Assembly (NCBI GenBank): GCA_963836075.1
Contig: CAWIIB010000001.1
Span: forward strand, 1,536,001 to 1,600,000
DNA length: 64,000 bases
From: an uncultured Acidobacteriota bacterium
GTDB lineage: Bacteria; Acidobacteriota; JAQAZP01
Direction: 5' to 3'
Positions 10,327 through 19,579 of this stretch are shown piece after piece. Made by a program: the position numbers and the translations under genes. The notes beneath the pieces are model-generated. The model saw only the letters and a program-made list of their open reading frames with translations. It was not told the DNA's origin and did not search any database. The stretch's first letter is position 1, and each line of letters starts with the position of its first letter.

Positions 10327-11202
10327 CTAGTGTTCATCGCCTTTCAGTGTTGTCCTCCCGTTGTGCGGCACCGAATCACGGACAGTCCGGCTCACCGTTC
10401 TGGGATGGACGTTGAAATGGCGGGCAATTTCTTTCATCGTGTATCCGCCGGATGAATAGGCTTCGAGAATTGCAGCTCGGGACGAAATGGCCTTCCGATC
10501 AATCTCCTCAAGTGACGGCGATACATACTTCCTCAGGGCCAGCACCGCGTCAGCATTCTCTTCGATCTCTGAAAGTTGGCGTGACAGATTTCTCACGAAT
10601 GTATCGCAACCCAGAACAAAGCCACCCCTCAGGTTCTTCCAGACAGAGGGGCGGTCAATTCCTGAAGCGACAAAGTCGATGAACAGCTCCCGTGCACGAT
10701 TCAAATCCTCATGGAACTGCCCAAGAATCCACTTTGTCTCAAGCCATGGAGGAGTTGGGGATAAACCGATCATTTGGGGGTAGCTGCTCCATGGCCAGTC
10801 CTCGACATTTTGTACCATGTTCACCCGTACCGGATTCAGTGGGACGTAGCGGGCCAACTCGAGCAGGTAGGACTCCTTTTCAACAAGTATTGACTTGAAG
10901 CGGTCCTGAAAAAGGTGGCCCACAAGACCGTATCTCCGATTGAAAGCCTGGGCATAAATGCCATTCAAATCCCTCATACCCTCTGACAGATTCGGCTGAG
11001 GTGTCTCCAGTAAAAGGTGGTAGTGGTTGCCCATCAGACAATAGGAGTGACAAATCCATCCCTTCCGGCAGCACACTTTGGATAGAATCGACAGCCACAG
11101 TCTTCGGTCATCGTTGTCAACATAGATATCCTCTTTCCTATCCCCCCTGGAGGTAATATGAAAAACGCCGCCAGCCATCTCCAGCCTCAACGATCTAGCC
11201 AT
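10327..11202 (-). mobile_element. REP-associated tyrosine transposase (RAYT; IS200/IS605 Y1 HUH family) with C-terminal HTH
   Basis: FHITSRG, CLMGNHYHLL (HUH), GHLFQDRFKS, RYVPLNPVR (catalytic Tyr), WPWSSY and TMKEIARHFNVHPRTVSR. It is visibly lower in GC than its neighbours. Confidence 0.9.
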
Positions 11203-11221
11203 ACGTTCAATTTAGTATTAT

Positions 11222-11259
11222 TTTTGTCACTTTTCAAGACCTGACCCCAAAAACGGACA
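11222..11259 (-). repeat. Second REP-like copy, inverted, right flank of RAYT
   Basis: Minus strand tgtccgtttttggggtcaggtcttgaaaagtgacaaaa matches 10255-10292 at 30/38 positions (manual alignment). Confidence 0.7.
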
Positions 11260-11265
11260 AGAAGA

Positions 11266-11294
11266 GCCCGGTCGGGGAGGATCCCCGACCGGGC
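11266..11294 (-). terminator. Hairpin terminator of decaheme/beta-barrel operon
   Basis: 13-bp perfect stem gcccggtcgggga/tccccgaccgggc just after the stop at 11308, followed on the minus strand by tcttctt. Confidence 0.65.
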
Positions 11295-11307
11295 ATAGAT
11301 GAAGAGA

Positions 11308-13449
11308 TTAGAAGAGGAACGAGAGGCCGGCGTTGATGACCCAGAGGTCGCCGGACTCGTCGAACAGATAGGGTTCGTTGTCTGTATACACCCGGTAAGC
11401 TCCGCCCAGTTGCAGGCCGACCATTTGGGTGAACTGGTAAGAACCGTTGAGGGTGATGTCGAACTGGTCGATATCCAGGTCCGAATAGCTGTTGACCCGA
11501 GTGAAGTCGTAGTAGCCAATGCCCGGCTGGCCATTGGGGGGGGTCGGATAGTTGACCTGGTCGTAGGAAGCGGTGCTGTCGGTGTAGGCGAGATTGAAGA
11601 AGATGTTCGTCTTCTCGCCGGGCGTCATGTTGAGGCCGACGGTTAAGGTGTCCCCCGTGGTCTCGTATTCTACCGAGTCTTTGATGCATCCGTAATGATC
11701 GAGATGTCCATCCAGGACTTCTATGAAGCCCGCTCACCCATCCATGACGGGTATGCTGAACAGCGTATCCGTCTCCTCCTCTATGTGCAGGTAACCCGCA
11801 GTGAGAACGGCCTTGTTGTTCAAGGCCAGGGTGTACGTAAGGCCGGGCTGGAACAGTGTTCTGCTCCAGTCGGCATAGGTCAGATCATCGTTTTTCTCGT
11901 CTGACCAGCGAATGTTGCCCGAAAGAGTGCTCCGGGCACTGAGGGACCAGGAGGCGGTCCACCGCAGTTGGTTGACGTTGTTCGGCTGGGCACCCACATC
12001 ACCGGTGCGGAACTGTCTCCGCATCCAGTACTGCCGGTACGCCGGATCATCGATATCCGACTCGCAGACCGCGTTGGGCGATGCAAAGGGATTGTCGATG
12101 TCGTCATGCTTCAGCGTCAGCCGGGTGCGGAATTTCCGGGTCGGCCTGAGGTTGACAGTGGCAAAAATCCGAATGGCATCGGTCCGCGTCTCGCCGTCAG
12201 CGACCTCGTAGTGCTCGCGGTCGGTGCTTTTCCACTCCAACCCGCCCCTGATGTTCATCTTGCTCGATGAGCGGTAGGAGAGGTCGGCGCCGGCCGTGGT
12301 CACGTCACGGTTGAGTGAAGACTGGCGCAGCCAGTCGAAATCGCCACCCCAGCGGGACTCGTAGGCCTCGCTGTTCTCTACATCAATAAAGATGTCATCG
12401 TTGTCGATGGCCTGGTGACGGATTTTCATGTTGAAGCGCCACTTGTTTTTCACGCCAAACTTGTCGGTGTACCTGGCCTGGAACCCGTTGCTGTCCGTAT
12501 TCAGGCCAGTCCACTGGTTCTGCACCGAAGCGAAGATCGCCGAAGTCACCAGGGAAGCGTTGCTCGGCAGGTCGAACTTGGCACGCACCTTGTGCGAGTC
12601 CTTGTCCACGTCGGGGATCAGGCCCACTTCACGTGTCTCGTCCTCGAACTGCAGCCGCGCATTGAAGATCACGCCGTAGTTGACGTCCTCACCGGTGGCC
12701 GGATCGTTCCAGATCTCGCCGCGCACCGGGTGCATGGCGTTGTCGTAATACCGGGTGGGAGTGGACCCACCGTCGGAGAAGGCGCGGGTGAGATACTTGT
12801 AGTCCATGGTCATCACGCCGGCGCGGAGCGTGGCCCCGGCCGTCAGATCACGGGTGGATTCGTCCACCTCGCGCCCCACGCCTTCCACGTGGCAGTTGCC
12901 GCAGTGGGAGACGCTCAGCTGCTGCCGGTGTCCCTGCCGCGACTGATCGCGATAACCGAAGTTGAAAGTCAAGTTGGGCATGGCGGGAATGGCCAGGTCA
13001 ATGTCCGCATGCTGATCGGTGTATGCGATCACATAATCAGCGTCCACCTCGAGATTCTCGTAGGTGTTCATCTTGCCGCCCATCTTGGAATCGATGTTGG
13101 TCAACGGGTCGTTCAACAGCCAGTGCGGCATTTTGTGGAACGAGTAGCTGGCCTGCAGAATGCGCCGGAAATCGAGAGAGGCGCTGTAATCCTGGTCCAT
13201 GGTGTCGTAGGGCCGGGCATACAAATTCCAGTAGAAGCCGTCGGTAGCGCCTTCCAGCTTCACCTCGCCGTCCATCCGACCGTCCTCGGATACCTGCTCG
13301 TACTCGCTGACCTTGCCGCCGTAATCGTTGATATCGCCGATGTGACCGCCTACGGTCACTTCGCCCTCGAAGCTCTCCTCACCCTCCGCCAGTGCAGGGG
13401 GGGCGGCGAGCAGCAGCAGGGCGAGGCTGATGTATAACAGCTTTTTCAT
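11308..13449 (-). CDS. Outer-membrane beta-barrel (MtrB/PioB-like) with one CxxCH and in-frame TGA at 11734-11736; probable selenoprotein (713 aa)
   Basis: ORFs 11734..13449 and 11308..11628 are in the same frame, with a stop-free 35-codon link: ...SIPVMDG-TGA-AGFIEVLDGHLDHYGCIKDSVEYETTGDTLTVGLNMTPG... The protein has a signal peptide and CGNCH, and the read-through product ends ...INAGLSFLF. Confidence 0.82.
11700..11733 (-). promoter_or_regulatory. Candidate bacterial SECIS element
   Basis: Immediately 3' of the TGA is the hairpin GTCC-TGGAT-GGAC (11718-11706), with its G-containing loop starting 19 nt after UGA. An alternative stem GGGCTTC-ATA-GAAGTCC is also possible. Confidence 0.55.
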
Positions 13450-13465
13450 TTCACCCTCCTTTTGC

Positions 13466-14470
13466 TCACCGGGTCAGACCACGGCCGCCGCCAGTGATCG
13501 ACTGGCTGGGCAGGTCCGAACCGTGCACCTGCGAATGACACTGGGTGCATTTGGTGAGGAACGTCATCTTGGGCGCGTCCATGGAGGACGTGCCTTCACG
13601 GCCGTAGATGGTGGTGAAGTCGCCTTCGTCACCAGCCAGCCCCGCGTGGAAGTGCATGTCGTGGCACTGCAGGCAGAGGAACGGCTCGTTCTGGATCAGC
13701 AGGTTGTTGGCCACGCTGCCGTGGGCCTCGTGGCAGATGTCGCACGATTCGAGGACCGGCTCGTGCTCGAAGATGAACGGGCCCTGATACCGCGAATGGC
13801 AGTCGAGACACATGTCGGTGAGCCGCTCGTCGGTGGCCAGCAGCGGGTCCTCGATGGAACCGTGGACCTGGTGGCAGTCGCCGCAGCCCATCCGGCCTTC
13901 CGGGATCGGGTGGTGGGACGGCAGCAGCGTCATGCTCTGCTGTTCCTGGTGACACCCGTAACAGAGTTCGGGGTCATTCTTGACCAGCAGGTGTTCGGCC
14001 TGTGCCGAATGAATTTCGTGACATTCCATGCAGCCCACATCGCTCATGTCGTGAGTCGATCCGGACCAGTGCATCTGACCGCCATCGGTGTGGCATTTGA
14101 GGCATAGCGCCGAACCTTCAGCAGCAGCCAGTTCCTCGGGTCTCAGTATGTCCTTGGCGTCCTCGCTGTCGACGTGAAGACTTCCCGCCCCGTGGCAGGT
14201 CTCACAGTTCATTTCGAACCCGGTGGGACCGGTTTCGAATTCGGCCAGCCGGCCGTGAACCGTCGCCGCCATGGAGGCCAGGCTTTCCTCGTGGCACATG
14301 ACACAGGTCTCCTGCCCCACGAGTTCGGCGCCACTCACCACCGGCGCTTGCACGATCCGCGCCCGGGTCGGGTTTCCCGGGCCGCAACCCGGGAGCCAGA
14401 GTGCGAGAGTTGCCAGGACAACAACCGAGAGGAGCAGGACCGGAATCCTTCTATTCCCCTCCACTTTCAT
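13466..14470 (-). CDS. Decaheme c-type cytochrome (DmsE/MtrA-like), probable lipoprotein
   Basis: 10 CxxCH; lipobox-like WLPGC; MtrA-family motifs PSHHPIPEG, GPFIFEHEPV and QVHGSDLPS. Confidence 0.92.
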   Translation of the reverse strand: MKVEGNRRIPVLLLSVVVLATLALWLPGCGPGNPTRARIVQAPVVSGAELVGQETCVMCHEESLASMAATVHGRLAEFETGPTGFEMNCETCHGAGSLHVDSEDAKDILRPEELAAAEGSALCLKCHTDGGQMHWSGSTHDMSDVGCMECHEIHSAQAEHLLVKNDPELCYGCHQEQQSMTLLPSHHPIPEGRMGCGDCHQVHGSIEDPLLATDERLTDMCLDCHSRYQGPFIFEHEPVLESCDICHEAHGSVANNLLIQNEPFLCLQCHDMHFHAGLAGDEGDFTTIYGREGTSSMDAPKMTFLTKCTQCHSQVHGSDLPSQSITGGGRGLTR

Positions 14471-14613
14471 TCCTCCTCTGAACCAACAAAGATATTTTGA
14501 TAGTGTTATGATTTTTTATCAGTGGCCGGCTTCTCCTTTCCCCTCTTTTGCCAGGCCTGCAATTGAAAACCCAGTCGTCGGAACCGCCGGGCCTGGGCCC
14601 GGCCGCTCCGCGT

Positions 14614-14979
14614 CTAATCGCCTTGTTCCAACGGATTGTCAAAGTCACCCAGATCCATAACTTCCACGTGGTCGTGGCAGGTCTCCCGGACCACGCGGGC
14701 CATAATGTGTATCGCCTCCATGACCAGGGGGTTGGCAATCCCATAGAGCAACTGGCGGCCGTTGCGCCGGCTGCGGATGATACTTGCTTGCTTGAGGATG
14801 TTCAGGTGCTGGGAAAGGCTCGATCCTGAAAAACCGACCTTTTCCCCCAGTTCGCCCACCGGCATCTCACCGGCTTCCAGCGTGTAGAGGATGTGCAGGC
14901 GTCGGGGATGGGAGATTGACCGGCAGACCTGGGAGTGGAGATCAAAGTACTGTCGAAGCTGCTTTGATTTGTCAGCCAT
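14614..14979 (-). CDS. ArsR/SmtB family transcriptional regulator
   Basis: SHPRRLHILYTL..GEMPVGEL and SLSQHLNILKQASII..RRNGRQLLY. Confidence 0.9.
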   Translation of the reverse strand: MADKSKQLRQYFDLHSQVCRSISHPRRLHILYTLEAGEMPVGELGEKVGFSGSSLSQHLNILKQASIIRSRRNGRQLLYGIANPLVMEAIHIMARVVRETCHDHVEVMDLGDFDNPLEQGD

Positions 14980-14984
14980 GCTTC

Positions 14985-15033
14985 ATCATTTCGTGAATTA
15001 ATAGTTGCGTAGTGCTTTAATTCAACGAATGAT
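14985..15033. promoter_or_regulatory. Imperfect inverted repeat, candidate ArsR operator
   Basis: atcatttcgTGAATTAA-N15-TTAATTCAacgaatgat directly upstream of the arsR start. Confidence 0.5.
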
Positions 15034-15035
15034 AT

Positions 15036-15059
15036 ATGACAAAACCATGACAAAGTCAA
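15036..15059 (-). promoter_or_regulatory. -35 box plus 11-bp-period direct repeat (PhoB/OmpR-family-like site)
   Basis: Minus strand TTGACT then TTGTCAT-ggtt-TTGTCAT. Confidence 0.4.
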
Positions 15060-15192
15060 CGGGATCAGAGCCCCGATCCATACAGATAATTCCTATAGAA
15101 TCAGTAGGATATAAGATTCAACCGATTCATCGAAAAGCATTTATTCGAATCCAGCTTCCTCGGCAAAGCTCAGGAACTTCCCCGAAATTTTG

Positions 15193-17196
15193 CTATTCCT
15201 CGGGTAACGAATCCGGCTCGCTGCCGGGGACCACGTCCTCCAGCTGCTTGCGCAGACGTTCCTCGGTCACTTTTCGCGCTTCATCCACGTGCTCGGGGTG
15301 TTCGTGGCGATACATCTCCTCGGGCATCAGCCCGGTGATCCAGCTGGGATTCATCGGGTAGACCGCCGGATTGAAGACCGTGGAATAGAGGTGCCAGACA
15401 AGGATGGCCAGCGATGCCAGCCAGGCCTCCCAGAAGTGGATCACCAGCGCCACGTCGAGAAATCCCTTGGGCAGGAAACCGATGAACCAGTTGTCGAACC
15501 AGAGCAGCAGCCCGGTGACCACCATCACCGCCGTGCCCCAGACCAGCGCCCAGTATTCAGCCTTTTCCACATAGCTGAAGCGGTGGAATCGGGGAGACTC
15601 CTTCCGCCGGCCGATGCAGTAGAGGATGCGCTGCCAGAACTGGGTAAAATCCTTAGGCAACGGCATCATGTCTTTGATGAACTCCCGTCCGCGGCGGCTG
15701 GTGGTGAGGTAGAGCAGGTGCCAGACCACGGTGAGACTGAAAATCACCGCGGCGATCCGGTGCACCAGCCCGCGCATTTCGAAGCCCCCTTCCCAGCCGA
15801 AAAAGACCTTGGCCAAGAAACTCTCGTCATAGGTCAGGGCAAACCCGGAGACCACCAGGGTGATAAAGCTGATCATCAGGATAGTGTGCTGCCAGACCTC
15901 GTTGAGCCGCATCCGCCGCACCTGGGGACGCCGGTTCATCATCAGTTTGATGTGCCGCCCCAGGTCGATCAGCCAGTGCAGCACCATCAGGCCGATGATC
16001 ACCACGATGGCGATGATGTATACCTTCTCAACCAGGTCGGCCAGCGGCGTGCGCAGACCTTCACCGGTGACCCCGTGAATCGGCATGGCCGCCATCTTCT
16101 CCGAGATCCCGGGGTGGCAGTCACCGCAGGTGTGCTGGAGGTTCGCCGGATGTACCGTGGAGGAGGGGTTGGAACTGGGCAGGATGCGGTGGACCCCGTG
16201 GCACGACGCACAGTTGGCCACGTGGGTATCGCCGGCCTTGCTCTTCAAACCGTGGTAACTGTCAATGAACGTCGCCAGCCGGCCGGACTGCAGCCCGTAT
16301 TTTTCGTTGAGTACCGCCGACTCGTGGCACGGCGAACAGGTTTCCTCGGCCAGCCGGGCGCTGGATACCGGGGACCGCGGGTCGTCGGGCGAGATGATCC
16401 CGTGCTCACCGTGGCAGTTGGTGCAGACCGGTGCGTCGGTTTCGCCCCGCTCCACCAGGTGGCCGTGGATCCCCTCCATGAAATCGCTCTCCACCCCCCT
16501 GTGGCACTTGCCGCAGGTCTGGGGGATGTTGAAGTGGTTGATCGCCGAGTCCGCGTGCCCGGGAGCCAGAATCTTGTGCGCCGTGCCGCCGCTGGAATGG
16601 CAGTCGTTACAGGTGGCCGCCACGTATACTCCGCCCTTGGCTGCCATGCCATGAACGCTGCCCTGGTAAATGGCGATCGGTTTGTCGATCAGGATCTCAT
16701 ATTTCTTGGTGAGATCAAGGTCTTCGTGGCACCTGCCGCAGGTCCCGGGAAGATTCACCGGATGGGTTTTGGAAAGTTTGACGCTGGAGGGCAGGATGTC
16801 GTGGTCGCCGTGGCAGTCCTTGCACTGCGGCATGTCCTCACAGGATCCTATTGCTGCCCGGCCGTGGGCCTGGTACTGTTCACCGGCATCCTCATGACAC
16901 ATCCGGCAGCCTTCACATCCCACCACAAAGTCGGACGTCTCGTCATGCGGGGTCATGTCCTTGTCGATGTGACAGTCGAGGCACTCGAAGTCCCGGTGGA
17001 TCGAATGCGAGAGATCCTCCCCGAAGTCGGTGCCATGGCTGCTCTCCTCGTGGCACATCACGCAGTCCTCGCTGGTGATCGGCTCGGCATCTTCATCCTG
17101 GGCCTGCAGGCCAACGCCAAAGAAGAGGGGCAGGATAAGGACCAGCACCAACAGTGCGAAATTCGTGTTCCAGACAGTGCTACGGCAGCAGCTCAT
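15193..17196 (-). CDS. CbcL-like multiheme cytochrome c (11 CxxCH) with cytochrome b domain
   Basis: Signal peptide and 11 CxxCH. The TM domain has WQHTIL, VHRIAA, FSYVEKAEYWALVWG, IHFWEA and WHLYS. Confidence 0.9.
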   Translation of the reverse strand: MSCCRSTVWNTNFALLVLVLILPLFFGVGLQAQDEDAEPITSEDCVMCHEESSHGTDFGEDLSHSIHRDFECLDCHIDKDMTPHDETSDFVVGCEGCRMCHEDAGEQYQAHGRAAIGSCEDMPQCKDCHGDHDILPSSVKLSKTHPVNLPGTCGRCHEDLDLTKKYEILIDKPIAIYQGSVHGMAAKGGVYVAATCNDCHSSGGTAHKILAPGHADSAINHFNIPQTCGKCHRGVESDFMEGIHGHLVERGETDAPVCTNCHGEHGIISPDDPRSPVSSARLAEETCSPCHESAVLNEKYGLQSGRLATFIDSYHGLKSKAGDTHVANCASCHGVHRILPSSNPSSTVHPANLQHTCGDCHPGISEKMAAMPIHGVTGEGLRTPLADLVEKVYIIAIVVIIGLMVLHWLIDLGRHIKLMMNRRPQVRRMRLNEVWQHTILMISFITLVVSGFALTYDESFLAKVFFGWEGGFEMRGLVHRIAAVIFSLTVVWHLLYLTTSRRGREFIKDMMPLPKDFTQFWQRILYCIGRRKESPRFHRFSYVEKAEYWALVWGTAVMVVTGLLLWFDNWFIGFLPKGFLDVALVIHFWEAWLASLAILVWHLYSTVFNPAVYPMNPSWITGLMPEEMYRHEHPEHVDEARKVTEERLRKQLEDVVPGSEPDSLPEE

Positions 17197-17620
17197 AAGG
17201 ATGACCTCCAGACGTCCGGTTCAATATCGCGCCACATGCCGGCGCTGGGCAAAAAAGCCCGGTAACGACAGGCGGAACCGACAAAAATCGAGAATTCCGA
17301 TTGGATGCGTGGGATTTTCGGCCTTGCCGGTGGACCGAACGAGGATCGGCCGCATGATGGCAAGAAAAAGTCGCTCATGACCTGCTTATATCATTGGAAC
17401 CCATGATTCGCAAAATCACGAACCATCCACGGCAATGAAAAATCGAGAATCGGTCAAGGAAGCCCTGATTTGACGACACACGCCCGATTCACTATCCTGA
17501 CCTCACAGTGCGCCGGCAATACCGGTTTCGCGCGAACAACTGCATCTCGCATTTGTATATCCAGTTTCAAGTTTCCGGTATTCATCACAACGAACCGGAC
17601 GGCAGTCAGGAGGTAGACCA

Positions 17621-19528
17621 ATGCTGATCCAGACCAGGCGGTGGCCCATACCCGTTGTCGCCCTGCTTGTGGCGCTGATCTGCGCCGCCACGGCCGGCGT
17701 GGCAACGGCCCAGGAGTACAAGGAGCCGGAAGGGACTCCCCTGCCCGAATACGCGCGCAAGATCCACATCGACCGGACGGTGCCCTTTATCATCGAAAAG
17801 GGCATGCGGGGCGACCCCGGCCTGCCGAATGTCATGCTCACCGGGTACTGGCCGCCGACCAATGAGATGCTGCGCCGCTTCAGCCCCGACCCGGTGCAGA
17901 ATCCCGACGGCTGGATCGGCGCGAACTGGGAGGGGCGCGGGTTCAACGTCTACGCCTTTTTCCCCGAGTTCCCCGAAGGCCTGGGCCAGGGCGAGGGGGA
18001 TTTCGAGGTGGACTACCAGGACACCTCGGAGGACTTCTGGCCCATCGCCGAAGTAGTCAAGCCGGTGGCCATCATCACCTTTGGTCGGGCCTCACCAAAC
18101 CGGGACTGGGAGCTGGAGTGGCGCGGACGGAACCTTCCCGAATTCGACTGGTATCCCGATTACACCGACCCGCGCAGGCCCACACCCTCGCCGCCCGACG
18201 GCAGTGTCCCGGAAGACCACATCCGCTATTCCACCCTGCCGATGGACGAGATCGTTGACGCATTGAACAGCTCGGATCTCGGGATCAACGCCTTTGCCGA
18301 CACCACCGAAGATGCCGGCGCCTTTCTCTGCGAGTTCATTGGCTACCACGCTGCCTGGTATCACGACCTTCACGAATCCCCCGGTGATCCGGACCAGGTC
18401 CTCACCGCCGGACACATCCACGTGGGCAGCAACATCGGCCTCGCCGAAGCCACCGAAGCCGCCGAGATTACCGTGCGCACCATGCTCGACATTCTCGCGC
18501 CCTCGCTGGTCCCGCAGGCCGGCCTCATCGCCGGCCCCGGCCCCGCGGAGACCAACCCGCCAACGGTGCGGGTCTTTGACGCGGAATCGTATGCCGCACA
18601 CCGTTACGAGTTCACCGCCTATGGCGTACCCAAGTATGGCGTGAACGTCTCCGCCGGCGACCCCGACGGTGACGGTCTGGACGAGATCCTCACCGGCGCC
18701 GGGCCGGGTGCGGTCTTCGGCCCCCACGTCCGGGGCTTCGAGGCCTGGGGCGCACCGCTGCCCGGTCTCAGCTTCCTGGCCTACGGCACCAACAAGTACG
18801 GGGTCAATGTCTGCTGCGGCGACATCGACGGCGACGGCTTCGACGAGATCGTCACCGGCGCCGGGCCGGGCGCTGTCTTCGGCCCCCATGTCCGGGCCTG
18901 GAACTATGACGGCTCGCCAGGGGTGGCCCCGGCGGCCGGGGTGAGCTACTTCGCCTACGGCACACCCAAGTGGGGGGTCAACGTGGCCTGCGGTGACATC
19001 GACGGCGACGGCTTCGACGAGATCGTCACCGGCCCCGGGCCGGGCGCAGTCTACGGCCCCCACGTCAGGGGCTGGAACGTGGACAACGGCCCGGCAGCCG
19101 CAATGCCATCGGTGAGCTACTTCGCCTTCGGCACACTGAAGTTCGGGGTCAACGTGGCCTGCGGCGACGTGGACGGTGACGGCATGGATGAAATCATAAC
19201 CGGCGCCGGACCGGGGTCCATTTTCGCCTCCCACGTCCGCGGCTGGAACTACGACAACGGCTCCATCGCCTCCCTCCCCGGTTTCAGCTACTTCGCCTGG
19301 CCCGAAAGCGCCTGCCGCTTCGGGGCCAAGGTCTTCTCCGGTGTGGACCTGGACGGCGACGGCAGCGACGAGCTGCTGGTGGGCGCCGGACCGGACCCGG
19401 CGGTGGAGACCGCGCTCAAGCTCTACCGCTACAACGGCTCGGCAGTCACCGAATCGCTCTCCCTGCAGCCCTTCCCCGCCGGCTGGACCCACGGGTCCAC
19501 CGTGGCCGCGGGACGGTTTCAGGACTGA
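17621..19528 (+). CDS. Secreted pyroglutamyl-peptidase I-like (C15) domain plus C-terminal FG-GAP-like propeller module
   Basis: Signal peptide; C15-like motifs VMLTGYWP, WELE, YSTLPM, DAGAFLCE (Cys) and GHIHV (His); repeat module from ~18521. Confidence 0.75.
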   Translation: MLIQTRRWPIPVVALLVALICAATAGVATAQEYKEPEGTPLPEYARKIHIDRTVPFIIEKGMRGDPGLPNVMLTGYWPPTNEMLRRFSPDPVQNPDGWIGANWEGRGFNVYAFFPEFPEGLGQGEGDFEVDYQDTSEDFWPIAEVVKPVAIITFGRASPNRDWELEWRGRNLPEFDWYPDYTDPRRPTPSPPDGSVPEDHIRYSTLPMDEIVDALNSSDLGINAFADTTEDAGAFLCEFIGYHAAWYHDLHESPGDPDQVLTAGHIHVGSNIGLAEATEAAEITVRTMLDILAPSLVPQAGLIAGPGPAETNPPTVRVFDAESYAAHRYEFTAYGVPKYGVNVSAGDPDGDGLDEILTGAGPGAVFGPHVRGFEAWGAPLPGLSFLAYGTNKYGVNVCCGDIDGDGFDEIVTGAGPGAVFGPHVRAWNYDGSPGVAPAAGVSYFAYGTPKWGVNVACGDIDGDGFDEIVTGPGPGAVYGPHVRGWNVDNGPAAAMPSVSYFAFGTLKFGVNVACGDVDGDGMDEIITGAGPGSIFASHVRGWNYDNGSIASLPGFSYFAWPESACRFGAKVFSGVDLDGDGSDELLVGAGPDPAVETALKLYRYNGSAVTESLSLQPFPAGWTHGSTVAAGRFQD

Positions 19529-19548
19529 TACCAATCAGCCGTCCCTGC

Positions 19549-19579
19549 AGCGCCCCTCCTCCCCGGGGGGGCGCTTTTT
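19549..19579 (+). terminator. Rho-independent terminator
   Basis: agcgcccc...ggggcgct stem followed by T tracts. Confidence 0.7.

Noticed and set aside
11308-11628. Separate 106-aa gene, or pseudogene fragment, after the barrel ORF
   Set aside because: It is in frame with the upstream ORF across one TGA, has no signal peptide of its own, and supplies the barrel's terminal strands. Read-through is the better explanation.
18521-19525. CRISPR-like or tandem DNA repeats in FG-GAP and propeller genes
   Set aside because: The repeats are degenerate, in-frame protein repeats without constant repeat/unique spacer structure, and there are no cas genes.
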